Positions 32,741-46,260 of a stretch of DNA of 64,000 nt are shown one piece after another. The translations under genes and the position numbers were made by a program. The DNA comes from the human T2T-CHM13v2.0 reference genome, Homo sapiens, in the NCBI RefSeq assembly GCF_009914755.1, contig NC_060947.1. One strand, written 5' to 3'. How positions within the stretch are numbered: the first letter of the stretch is position 1; every line of letters starts with the position of its first letter. The notes under the pieces are model-generated. The model was not told the origin of the DNA. It saw only the letters and a list, made by a program, of their open reading frames with translations, and did not search any database.

Positions 32741-32828
32741 TTTTCTTTCTTTCTTTCTCTTTCTTTTTTCCCCTTTCTCTTTCTTTCTTTCTCTTTCTTT
32801 TTTTCTTTTCTTTTCTTTCTTCCCTTTT
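32597..32828. repeat. Pyrimidine-only (TTTC)n/CT-rich microsatellite derived from an Alu tail
   Basis: ~230 bp of C/T only, abutting an antisense Alu. Confidence 0.95.
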
Positions 32829-33114
<286 letters not shown>

Positions 33115-33995
33115 AGAAAAGGAGACTATTTTTTATAAGGGATTACAGCCTGCAAAGTGGTCATTACACAGGCTGGGAAACATAGCCTGTGGAAAAGACC
33201 AGAGGCAGGCACCTCAAAGGAGAAGGGTTTGTACAGGAATTTAAGGTGAACAAGTTGGCCAAGTATACATATTTAGCAGGTTACATGAAGAGCTATGAAT
33301 ATTCATGAAGGTGGTCCTGATGCATGTGTATTGAACAAACCATGTATATAACATATAATCCATGGTCACTTTGGAGTGGAGACAACATTTAAATGTATTA
33401 TAATTAGGCCCCATACTTGAAAAGGTGAACCAGGGACATGGAGGTGCTCAAGTGTGCAGCCTCTGTAAACCAGCCAGAACCAGTCTATGGCTAATGGTCT
33501 CTTATCAGGAGAAAGTTACTGAAATCAGTCCGTTGTTCAATAAGCTGTAATTATGGTTTGTGGAAGAAGGGGTCAGTCAGTGTCTGGTGGTGGATTAGCT
33601 GCAATTGTTTTAATATTGCTTATTTTGAAGCCAGTGCTTGTTTAGTTGCTAGAGAAAAAGAAAAACCTTGCAGCAGTGAGAACAGAGTTTATTCTTTAAG
33701 TGTGAGGAGTACATGACTTCACCCTTGCCTGGCATGGCCTTAGGTCCTGTTTATAATTTGGTATCTTATTGTCACAAAGAGCCTGTCCTGTCAGTCTTAT
33801 GATCTCTATTTTAACATTAATGCTGGTCAGCTGTTGTGTCTAAACCATAAAAGGGAGGGGGTGTAATGCGGCAAGTCTGACCTCCCATCCTATCATGGCC
33901 AGGAACTCAGTTTTTGTTTTTCTCTGGGGCTCCCTTGGCCAAGAGGAGGTCTGTTCAGTCAGTTGAGGGGCTTAGGATGTTACTTTTAGTTTACA
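33115..33995 (-). mobile_element. ERV1 MER4-group LTR (MER49-like)
   Basis: Ends ...cttaggatgttacttttagtttaca, like the other MER4-group LTRs here. Confidence 0.7.
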
Positions 33996-34141
33996 ATAGC
34001 ACATAACAGAGGGTTCCAAATTGAGGAGTTCAAGGCAATTCATTGAATTGTAGTGAGTAAATATTAGAATTTGTTTAATATTCAGTTTTAACTTGAATCT
34101 ATAAAGAATAAGAAATAAATAATAAAGTACAAGAAACTATG

Positions 34142-34840
34142 CAGTTAGAATGGCGATCATTAAAAAGTCAGGAAACAACAGGTGCTGGAGAGGATGTGGA
34201 GAAATAGGAACACTTTTACACTGTTGGTGGGACTGTAAACTAGTTCAACCATCGTGGAAGTCAGTGTGGCGATTCCTCAGGGATCTAGAACTAGAAATAC
34301 CATTTGACCCAGCCATCCCATTACTGGGTATATACCCAAAGTATTATAAATCATGCTGCTATAAAGACACATGCACACATATGTTTATTGCGGCACTATT
34401 CACAATAGCAAAGACTTGGAACCAACCCAAATGTCTAATAATGATAGACTGGATTAAGAAAATGTGGCACATATACACGATGGAATATTATGCAGCCATA
34501 AAAAAGGATGAGTTCATGTCCTTTGTAGGGACATGGATGAAGCTGGAAACCATCATTCTCAGCAAACTATCGCAAGGACAAAAAACCAAACACTGCATGT
34601 TCTCACTCATAGGTGGGAATTGAACAATGAGAACACATGGACACAGGAAGGGGAACATCACACACTGGGGCCTGTCATGGGGTTGGGGGAGGGAGGAGGG
34701 ATAGCATTAGGAGATATACCTAATGTTAAGTGATGAGTTAATGGGTGCAGCACACCAACATGGCACATGTATACATATGTAACTAACCTGCACGTTGTGC
34801 ACATGTACCCTAAAACTTAAAATATAGTAAAAAAATAAAA
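34142..34840 (+). mobile_element. 5'-truncated L1PA (ORF2 C-terminus plus 3' UTR)
   Basis: ORF 34150-34623 is the L1 ORF2p C-terminus with CCHC motif [15 protein letters not shown]; G-rich 3' UTR, A tail, TSD aagaaactat. Confidence 0.97.
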
Positions 34841-35139
34841 AAGAAACTATACATTATTAATATTTAATATAAGGATTGATAGTAGCACTTTTACTCAGCC
34901 CTTATGCAGGATGGTGACCTGTTATGTACTATAGGTGAGGTATCTTCAGAAAAGAGTGGGAGTTCCAACGGGGGTAGGGATTAAGAGTGCCATACTCTCT
35001 CTGATTTTTTGGGAACATTTTTCTATTCACATGAGCTCAGGTAAGTGGAATTATGGATTTATTTATTTACTTCGGTTTTTTTAAAACTAATGCTCACAAA
35101 ATGGACAAATTGCTTCAGAAGAGACCTGCAAAGAAGCTA

Positions 35140-35482
<343 letters not shown>

Positions 35483-36245
35483 GTAAACTCATGCAAGACA
35501 AAAGAAAACAAAGAAAACCCAAAACAACCAATCAGGTCAAAGAGCTGGCACTTAAACTCCTACTAAGTGAACTTTATCAGTCACACTACAAGTTAAGGGC
35601 ATTGATAATCTAATGAGATCTGACAAGACATTGACCCCAACATTCAGCCTTTTTTTTTTTTTGTCATTATGAAAACTTGGCATACATTCAGCACTTCTAA
35701 GATGTTTTGAAATCTGGATATACACTCATGATCATTAGAAAGAAATCTTGCCCTAAGTGCTTGGATTTTGTAACTCAAGATTATCAGTTACTGACAGTAA
35801 GAAGCTATCATGATAGTTAAGACCTCTAAAAATAATATTTATTTCATTTTTATCTTATTTTAGAATTTCAAATTGAGATATTTTCAATTTGTTTCTCAAT
35901 ATTTTTTAACTGATTGTGCTTGGAGGTCACTGGTATTGAGAGAAGAGCATGGGTATTGAAGTCAGAGGGATCTGAATTCAACTTCTGTCCCCTACTCTCT
36001 ATATCCACAGCCAAACAAGGCAAGATCATCTCCTTCCTGGACTAACACAATGACCTCTTAATTGTCCTTCTTGACTTCCCTCTAATTCTCTTACGTCAAG
36101 GCTATGATCTTACTGGGGGTACCATTCACATAGAATACAATGTGTGCTGTCCCGGCAACCCTGCGGCCAGAATCACTTTCCTAAAACAAATCCACTCTTG
36201 CCACTCTCTTTTAGAAGCTTTTATTGAATTCCTATAACTCTGAAC

Positions 36246-37381
<1,136 letters not shown>

Positions 37382-37576
37382 TTCTGAAAAATAAACTCCA
37401 AAATCCTTCAGCACCAAGGCTTACTAAGGTTTTTCTGATCTGATGCCTGCCTACTCATTGGCCTTACCACTGCCCTCTAGAAGTTTCCTGTCTAGTTATA
37501 CAGAACTGCTTACAGTTTCCCTAACTAGTACAACTGTCTCTACCTCTTGGGCCAAACACTGGGGACTTGTAGGGTT

Positions 37577-37736
37577 ATTAATTAATTAATTTATTAATTT
37601 ATTTATTTATTTATTTATGTAGAGATGGGGTCTTGCTATGTTGCCCAGGCTGGTCTCAAACTCCTGGGCTCAAGCAATCCTCTTGCCTCAGCCTCCCAAA
37701 GTGCTGGGATTACAGATGTGAGCCACCATGCCCGGC
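37577..37736 (-). mobile_element. Alu monomer (FLAM_C-like)
   Basis: Single arm, TSD cttgtagggt. Confidence 0.85.
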
Positions 37737-40225
37737 CTTGTAGGGTCATTTCTGAAGAGAGAGGGCCTAGGAAAAAATCTTAGTGCTAGTAGGAGTCTCA
37801 AAGACTCTATTGGTCAGGGTTCTTGGTGACAAACAAACAATAGAACTCACTCTAGCTAGTTTTAGTAGAAAAATAAGAATTTAAGTATATTAAGTAACTC
37901 AGAAAATTTGAATTGTCCACAGAACCAAATAAATTTTGTCTCCAAAAACAATAGCCCAGTTGAGCTCCTCTGGGAGAGGCACTATTGCTCTCTGTAGGTA
38001 GGCTTGGTGTAGCTTCAACACCAATGCAGGCCTGATGCATCACTGCAACACAATTTAGCACCACTGCCTGTGAAAGCTGGCTGTCTCTCCTCCACATCCT
38101 CCACAGTGGACTCTGAGCAGTGCCTCTTTCATGGCATGCTCTTCCAAATTGAATTCTCTTCCAAATCTCTATTGGGTTCAGTAGGCTCTAAGTCATATGC
38201 TTGTAACCTGTTGGCAAGGGAAGCAGGAATGCAGATGTCTGGTTCCTGCTTTGGGAAATTGTGAGCTCATAAAGTAGCAGAGGGCTCAGACAAAGGAAGA
38301 GGGCTCAAGGATGTCACAAAATGATAAATTTCCACTCCAGAGACCATAAAATCCAACCCCCTGGTTTTTCAGATGGGGACTGACTTTCCTAATGTCATAC
38401 ACCTCTCTCATTTGTGACAGAGCTGACCCTGGAAGCCATGTGTCCCTTCGATGCTCTTTCTACCAACAAGCATTGTTTCCCAAGTGTCCAACTGTGTCAT
38501 GTGCAATATTCAGACAGGATGTAGTCAGGAAGGAAACCAAACAAAAGCTGATATTTGTTCTTTTATTCATTCAACATAAATTTCTTGAGCACCTGATTTG
38601 TGCCAGGAACAGCTACACAATGATCTCCAGAAATCACTCTCTGGGGGGTGAAACAGACAAGTAAACAGGCAATTTCTATACAATGTTAGAAGTGCTATAA
38701 TAGAGAAGCATAGGTGGCCCTGGGTACACAGAGTAGGATCCAATGGCGTCAAACTCTTGTTATGGGAGGTTTTCCATCAGACAAAAACCTGAATAGCATA
38801 TTCCTGAGATTTTACATGGGTTTTTAATTTCAGGTGCTTAAGCAATGTAAAGATTACTCACAGGCATTTTCAGACATAGGTCCGATGATGTTCTGGAAGT
38901 TGCCCAATGTTGCACAGCCTCCATGAGGCATACCTCATTGGAAACCATATTCTGTTGTATGGCTGACTTCTGGGGGTCCTCAGTTTCTTCATCTGTACAA
39001 TGAGGATGATGACTACTTTGATTTCATTTGATCTGAGGACCAAATAATATAGTATCTTCAATCAAGGCTCTTCTGGTTGCTAGCAACAGAAACCTACTTG
39101 AGCTAGCTTAGTTAATAGGAAGGCTTATTATAGGATATAAGGAGTTTCATGGAACACAAGGTCAGTAAGTGTAGCCATGTGTCAGGAGGGACTAAAGCCA
39201 TGAACTGGAAACTCACCAGGAATCAAGGCAGTTCTGTCCCTCTCAGTCTGTGTGTTCTTTTGTCTATCCATATCCACTCCAGTCTCTTCATGATCCTGAT
39301 TTCTCTGCTTTTCCATGACCTTGACTAAATATAGCTTCTCCACAGCGATTGGATTTATAAGTCTTGGGTTTAAGTGACCAAAAGTGCTGACTGGCATCTC
39401 TGAATCCAATTCTAAATTTTCAGGGTAGAATCTGCTTGTCCCAGTTTAGATCAGGGATGCTGTGTGGTTCAATCAGTTCCACCCAGGAGTCAGGGTTGCG
39501 ACACAGCTGCCAGGAACCCACCCCTGTGGCTGGTGGCTGGGAGAGATCTGGTTCTTAGAGAAGGGGGATTAGGGGCTTGGCAGACCCCCCCAAAGCAGAT
39601 AATGTATGAGAAGGCATGACGACAGAAATAGTGGAGGATCCCAATAATGGCCATCTATTTTTCCTGCCTGCCTGCTACCTGTTCTTTTTTTCTGGTAATA
39701 GTTTTTATTCTTTGGGCTCTGAGTGGTGGACACATGATCCAAGTTGGATTGATCATAGTACCTCATACCCTGGCCAAGCTCAGTATGCTTGTTCCATTTA
39801 GCATCATTTTGGAATCCTTCTCCCTCTCCATAATCTGGCCATTTAACTCCTCCCACCCTTTGAGGCTTTACCTCAGGTTCAGTAGTGTTTATAGTCTGTC
39901 TCACACAGTTGCAAGGATTTTATGTTCTCTGCTGACTTTGAGCCTCGTGTCCCTAATGAGATATATAGGAAAGTCTTCTAGGAGTCAACTGGGTCACCAG
40001 GTGGGGACATAAACCTTTCCCAGAAGTTCCGTAGCTGACCTCCTTTTATACTTCACTGGCCAGAACTGAGATCAATCACTGGTGAGGGGGAAGAGCACTG
40101 CTGTAACTGTTGTAAACTGATTATGGCTCATCTAGTGCTGACTCACCTCCTGAGATCAAGAGATCTCTGTCAAACACTTGATCAATGTTGGGCTGCTATT
40201 AGCAAGAAGATAGAAGAATAAAATT

Positions 40226-40490
40226 GGCCAGGCATGGTGGCTCACACCTGTAATCCCAGCACTTTGGGAGGCTGAGGTGGGCAGATCACTTGAGGTCAGG
40301 AGTTTGAAACCAGCCTCGCCAACATGGTGAAACCTCATCTCTACTAAAAATACAAAAATTAGCCAAACGTGCTCACTTGAACCCAGGAGGCGAAGATTGC
40401 AGTGAACCAAGATTGTGGCACTACACTCCAGCCTGGGCGACAGAGCGAGACTCTCTCTCAAAAAAAAGAAAAAAAAGAGAGAAAGAAGAA
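40226..40490 (+). mobile_element. AluS with internal right-arm deletion
   Basis: aaaattagccaaacgtg joins directly to ctcacttgaacccagg. Confidence 0.9.
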
Positions 40491-40954
40491 TGCTTGCCAA
40501 AAGTGTCTGTTCCAGACTGTGACCTCTAGGAAGATATGGGCTACTTGTGGTTTACTCTGTCTGCTATCAGTTTCCTTCAACTTGCAGGCCTTCTCATGCA
40601 GCCCCTAATTTCCTTCCTCTGTCCTCCTCCCATTGCATGCTTGCATGCTTCAGGGCAATTCATGGCTTCTAGCCTATTCTCTAGAAGGGGAACATGTCTG
40701 AGACCCTGCGGCTCTGGTGAAAAGGAATGGGTGTAGCAAAGAAGGGTAAATGAATACTTTCAAGTCTCTTTTTTGCATGACCTTCTTACCTTATTGCAAG
40801 AAGAACTAGGTAGTATCTGTCTGACACACATGGCCACATAGCATAGGGTAGGAGCAGGGCTCCTGGGGCAGATCTCCTGCATTCCGACTCTAGTGTCAAT
40901 AGTTGTGGTAACTTAGGTCAAGTAACTTAAACTCTCTGTGCCTCAATTCGTCAG

Positions 40955-41249
40955 TTTTTTTTTTTTTTTTGAGACAGGGTCTCACTTTTTCACCCAGGCT
41001 GGAATGCAGTGTTAAGATCCTGTTTCACTGCAGCATCGACTTCCTGGGCTCAAGCTATCTTCCCACCTCAGTTCCTCAAGTAGCTGGGACTACAACTGTG
41101 TGCCACCAAGGCATGCTATTTTTTTTTTTTGTAGAGACAGGGTTTCACCATGTAACCCAGGCTGGTCTCGAACTCCTGAGATCAAGCAATCCTCCTGCCT
41201 TAGCCTCCCAAAGTGCTGGGATTACAGGCGTGAGCCACCGAACCTGGCC
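40955..41249 (-). mobile_element. AluJ-like inserted in a MIR (40830-41385)
   Basis: TSD aattc(g/a)tcagtttt; MIR core on both sides. Confidence 0.9.
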
Positions 41250-41941
41250 TAATTCATCAGTTTTAGCAAGGACAATAATACTATGTATGTACCTCATAGG
41301 GTTTTTGTAAAGATTAAAATGAGATAATAAATGCAAAACCCTTAGTATAGTGCTTGCATATAGTAAGTACTCACTAAATATCACTACTTATTACAGTAAC
41401 TATTATTCATGCTACTGGAAAAGTCTGGAAAGAAACAATACTTGTGTCCAAATGGTGGATGCTGGGGGATTTAAAAATTTTTCTTCCTTATACTGTTCTG
41501 TATGCAAATGTCCTACAATGAGCATGTACTGCTTTAAACAATCAGAATGTAACACAAGATATCTCATTAAAAATCAATATTCAAACCCTCACATAAACAT
41601 GAAACTCAAGAAAGGTCTTAAGTTGGGACATTTGAAACTATCAGAAAGAATCTACCTGCTACTGCCTGTCAGCACAACTACAGTGTAGACTAGTCACTAT
41701 ACCTCTTAGACTACACTCAAGCAGGGAAAAGCCTCAGCTGGTATTTCACAGCATTCCTAGGAAAAAGTGATGAAATGATGGATGGGAAAATATTTTGCAA
41801 AACTGAAAGCATATAGGGATAGAGAATATAATGATAATTAGGTTCAGATTCTTTGAATTTAGCTAAGCCAAAGAGGGCTGAGGATGCTAACCACTGAACT
41901 TTTTGAATGGGTAGGACTGGGTCAAGAGTTACCAGACTGCA

Positions 41942-42245
<304 letters not shown>

Positions 42246-42619
42246 GAGTTATTAGGCTACAAGCTGGTTGGGCATTTTGAGACACAGTGTCCTACTGTGC
42301 AGAGCAAGGCTGAAGCTAGGATAGATGGTGGAAATATTGGACCTGACCTGAAGGCATAGGGAAGATAGGAAGAAGGAAGCTAGCATTTGTTAGGCACCTG
42401 CGACTGTCAGTTACTTTACATAAAATCTCAAGGAACTTAATCCTCACCTCCATGACAAATGTCAGAGGGACTTTCTATCACTGGAATATGGCCTTAAGAC
42501 TTTGTGCCCAAGTCATGAACCATCTTTTCAGTCTTCTTCTCTCAGATGCCTCTTATCGTGGTTTTCTTGCATGGAAATCCCATTAAACAACTATCCTGAT
42601 ATTCATTCCATCTCCTTTC

Positions 42620-42923
42620 TTTCTTTTTTTTTTTTTTTTTTTTTGAGGCGGAGTCTCGCTCTGTCACCAGGCTGGAGTGCTGTGGCGCGACCTTGGCTCA
42701 CGGCAACCTCCAGCTCCCTGGTTCAAGCAATTCTGCTGCTTCAGCCTCTTGAGTAGCTGGGATAACAGGCACGCACCATCACGCCTGGCTAATTTTTGTA
42801 TTTTTAGTACAGATGGAGTTTCACCATGTTGGCCAGGATGGTCTCGATCTCCTGACCTCATGATCCACCCGCCTCAGCCTCCCAAAGTGCTGGGATTACA
42901 GGTGTGAGCTACAGCGCCTGGCC
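42620..42923 (-). mobile_element. AluS (Sc-like)
   Basis: TSD tcattccatctcctttct. Confidence 0.95.
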
Positions 42924-43311
42924 TCATTCCATCTCCTTTCTAAGGTAAGTAGGTGCTAGACTTGGGGTTTTTAATAATTGGCCCACTCACGGGAGAGCCC
43001 TGGAAAAATGGCAGCAGGATTCTCCCCACTTGGGAAGAATTTGGTGAGAGCCAGGCAGAGGATCGGGGATCAACTCAGGGACCGGAGTAAAGTTGCAAGA
43101 GGGTCCCAGTTCCAGCATGTTGCTCAAGTATTGAGTGGAAAAACCAAAGCAAAAGACTGGGCCTTTGTAGCAAGTTGATACCTGGGGTCTGAAGAGAATT
43201 ACAGAAGCAATGAAGGCAATGGGAATGCTTACAATCTGGAGGCCAGTGTCAATTTTACTAGGAAATAGTGAAGTAAGAAGAAGGAGTCAAGGAATGACAA
43301 ACAGTCTTTTT

Positions 43312-43637
<326 letters not shown>

Positions 43638-44339
43638 TCAGTAGCCTTACATATTGATTTAATATAAATAATCAAGAATAACAGATACAAACTGTTGCAC
43701 AAGTTTGTATCTTGTGCACAAGGGGCTGCACAAGTCTCAAGCTGAGAGCCAGCAAGAACCTACTTGTCCTCTTCCCTCAGCAAACAGCATCTACCTGTTC
43801 TACAGAATCTATGTGCTACTGCCTGCTATGAAATAGCTATTTTGCCCTTCACTTTGCCACTTCCATGCCCTTCGTACCCTGGAGAAAAGGACAGGGTACG
43901 TAGGCTTGTCATGACATGGGCCAACAGGAGGTACCCAGTGAGGTCTCAGTCTTATAGGCCACTCCCAGAGAATGTAGCTCTCAGCTCCCAGCTGTGCTCT
44001 GCTGCCCTAGGAGTGGGGATGCAGGTGAGAACTGCTGTCTTCCTCTGGGACAGGCCTCCTGCCTCTCTTCATCCTCATCTCTCTCCTCAGCCTTGTTCCC
44101 TCTGGACTTGAAGCTCTACATAGGCAGACCAGACAATGCTGGGCTTTCAGGACCTCATAGATTGGATTCCTGAGGGAGAGGTCTTGAGAAGGGGATCCAC
44201 AGGCCAGCCCCAGTTGGTGGGCCTGGATGCTGGCATCTGAGCATCTGGACATCTTTTAGTTCTCATGCTGGGGGCTCACAGTGCAGGAAGGGTGTGTGAT
44301 CCAGTCTGGCTACTCCCCGCCTCCAGGCCATGAGCTTGA

Positions 44340-44779
44340 TCACATGGCCAGATGGAAAGCCCCCAAATGATTGAGTGTCCTGTGCGGGAACTCTAAAGAG
44401 GGAGATGAGAAAGACACAAAGAACTCCCCCTAGTCCTGAGCTCAAAGATGTCCGACTGTACTATAGCATGTAGGCCAATCTTGAGTGACAAATACTTTGT
44501 GGCCATACCCTTGAGAGGTAGAATGGGATGGAGGTAATCAGTGCGGTGATTGATGCCTTGTATCAGCTGCTGGTCCATCAGGAAGGGCTCCTTGTCCTCA
44601 TCCCTGCTACTGAAGTAAAGTGGACCTAGGAATACACATAGTACTTGCCACCCTGGCTGGGCAGAAATGCCTCTCCCTGGTAGGTGAGGTTGTGCAGGTG
44701 AGACAGCAGGTCTCAGGGCTCCCAGTTATGCAGAAATAATGCTAGGACTGGGGTAGCTCCTCAGGATGGACCAGAGTTT
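44340..44779 (-). pseudogene. Terminal exon of a decayed TNF-superfamily ligand gene (TRAIL-like/TNFSF10-like), TNF homology domain
   Basis: Acceptor ccttaac...cttctcttccttcccctccAG (AG at 44781-44780). Frame-corrected translation: ELPQS*HY/LHNWEP*DLLSHLHNLTYQGEAFLPSQGGKYYVYS*VHF/FSSRDEDKEPFLMDQQLIQGINHRTDYLHPILPLKGMATKYLSLKIGLHAIVQSDIFELRTR/EFFVSFSSPSLEFPHRTLNHLGAFHLAM*. This has the TNF motifs W, GxYYVYSQVxF, PILLLK-like, IFEL, FVS and GAFxL in the correct order. Confidence 0.85.
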
Positions 44780-44924
44780 CTGGAGGGGAAGGAAGAGAAG
44801 CAGGTGGCTGTTAAGGATGAGGGAGATCATCAACCTAGCATCCCACTGAACCTTCAGATTCAATTCAAGTTTTTGCCTCAGCTTTCCAAAGTCTCAAAGG
44901 TTCTTAACCAGGAGAGTGACTCGT

Positions 44925-45160
44925 TTAAATTATGACAAGAACCAGACAGCCTAGGTTCAAGTCTGGGCTGTACCACTCACTAGCTAGGTAACCTTGAGCA
45001 AGGAATTTTAACTTCTCTGGGCCTCAGTTTCCTTAAAATGTAAAACTGGGAAAATAATCTCTACCTTAATATGGAGATTACATGAGAAAGTGCAGGAAAA
45101 GGGCCCAGGACGGAGATTGGCACACCGGAGACATTCAACAAGCAGATTACTACTATTATT
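44925..45160 (+). mobile_element. MIR SINE (inside the inferred pseudogene intron)
   Basis: MIR core ttaacttctctgggcctcagtttccttaaaatgtaaaactgggaaaataat. Confidence 0.8.
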
Positions 45161-45410
45161 ACTGAAAGAAAGGCCGAATACCTTAGCTAAGCTTTCAGGT
45201 CCCTCCATGACATGGCCGTCCCCTCTGTTTCAGCCTTATCTCCCACTTCTCTGTTGGGGCTTTCAGCTCCAATCCTGTGGGATTGTTTCCTCTCCCGGCC
45301 CATTCACGGTTCCACTTCTGTGCCTTCGATCATGCTCTTCCCCAGTTTAAATTGCTCTTTCTCCTCTTTACCTAAGCAAATCCATCCCATCCTTCACATT
45401 CCCTCCCGCC

Positions 45411-45509
45411 CAGAGGCAGAGCTGCAGGGCACCAGAGGGAGGTGAGCAGAGAGGAGTGAGGAATGGCAGCCAGCTGCCCCTTGGATGCATTGTAGAGTTC
45501 ATCCTGGCT
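45411..45509 (-). pseudogene. Probable penultimate exon of the same TNF-ligand pseudogene
   Basis: Acceptor-like ttgtttttccacttcctttgcaag. Frame-corrected ARMN/LYNASKGQLAAIPH/LSAHLPLVPCSSAS contains the TNF strand-A motif SAHL (starts at 45450). The donor is degenerate. Confidence 0.6.
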
Positions 45510-45833
45510 CTTGCAAAGGAAGTGGAAAAACAAGCCCTGATGGAGATGGGCATGGAGCAGAGGTGGGATAGTGGTGCAGAAAAACATCACTGGGATTTTT
45601 TTCTGAGAACTCTTGGACCTTAGACTAACACAAAGTGGGAAGGGATTGCAGCCTTGTTCAGTTAACGGGCCCATACCCTCCCAACAAGAATGTAAGTTCT
45701 CAGAGCCCAACTTGTGACAGCATCAAGGTCCATAGAAATGGAGAGCTTCCGTACCTTAGAGGTGAGGCCAAATGGAGTTAAATTTTACAGAAGCCTGCTT
45801 TTAAATACTTCAAGAAAGAGAATTTAATGGGAT

Positions 45834-45834
<1 letters not shown>

Positions 45835-45869
<35 letters not shown>

Positions 45870-46260
45870 TCTGTCTTATATGTATATATAAACATACCTT
45901 TATATTACATAATATATTGATTATATTATATAGTATTTAATATATTAAGGTAATATATATTATATAATATATAATGTAATATATAAATATAATATGATAT
46001 TATAATGTATTATATGTGATATATAATTATAGAAAATTATATTATATATAAATATTATAACATATATTATATTAATATAGTCTAGTATAATATGATAGCT
46101 TATTATATTATTTATAATATATAATACATAAATATTACAATATATTGATTATATATTAATTACATAATATATTATAGAATATCTATAATCTATTATAGAT
46201 AATAGGATATAATATTGTACAGAATATATATTATATATACACTAACCACTTATATTTATA
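45835..46260. repeat. (CA)n followed by ~380 bp AT-rich low-complexity tract
   Basis: Direct inspection. Confidence 0.95.

Noticed and set aside
34150-34623. 157-aa ORF as a host gene
   Set aside because: It is the L1 ORF2p C-terminus in a 5'-truncated insertion with TSD.
45870-46260. AT-rich tract as a functional array
   Set aside because: Irregular (TA)-derived low complexity with no constant repeat or spacer.
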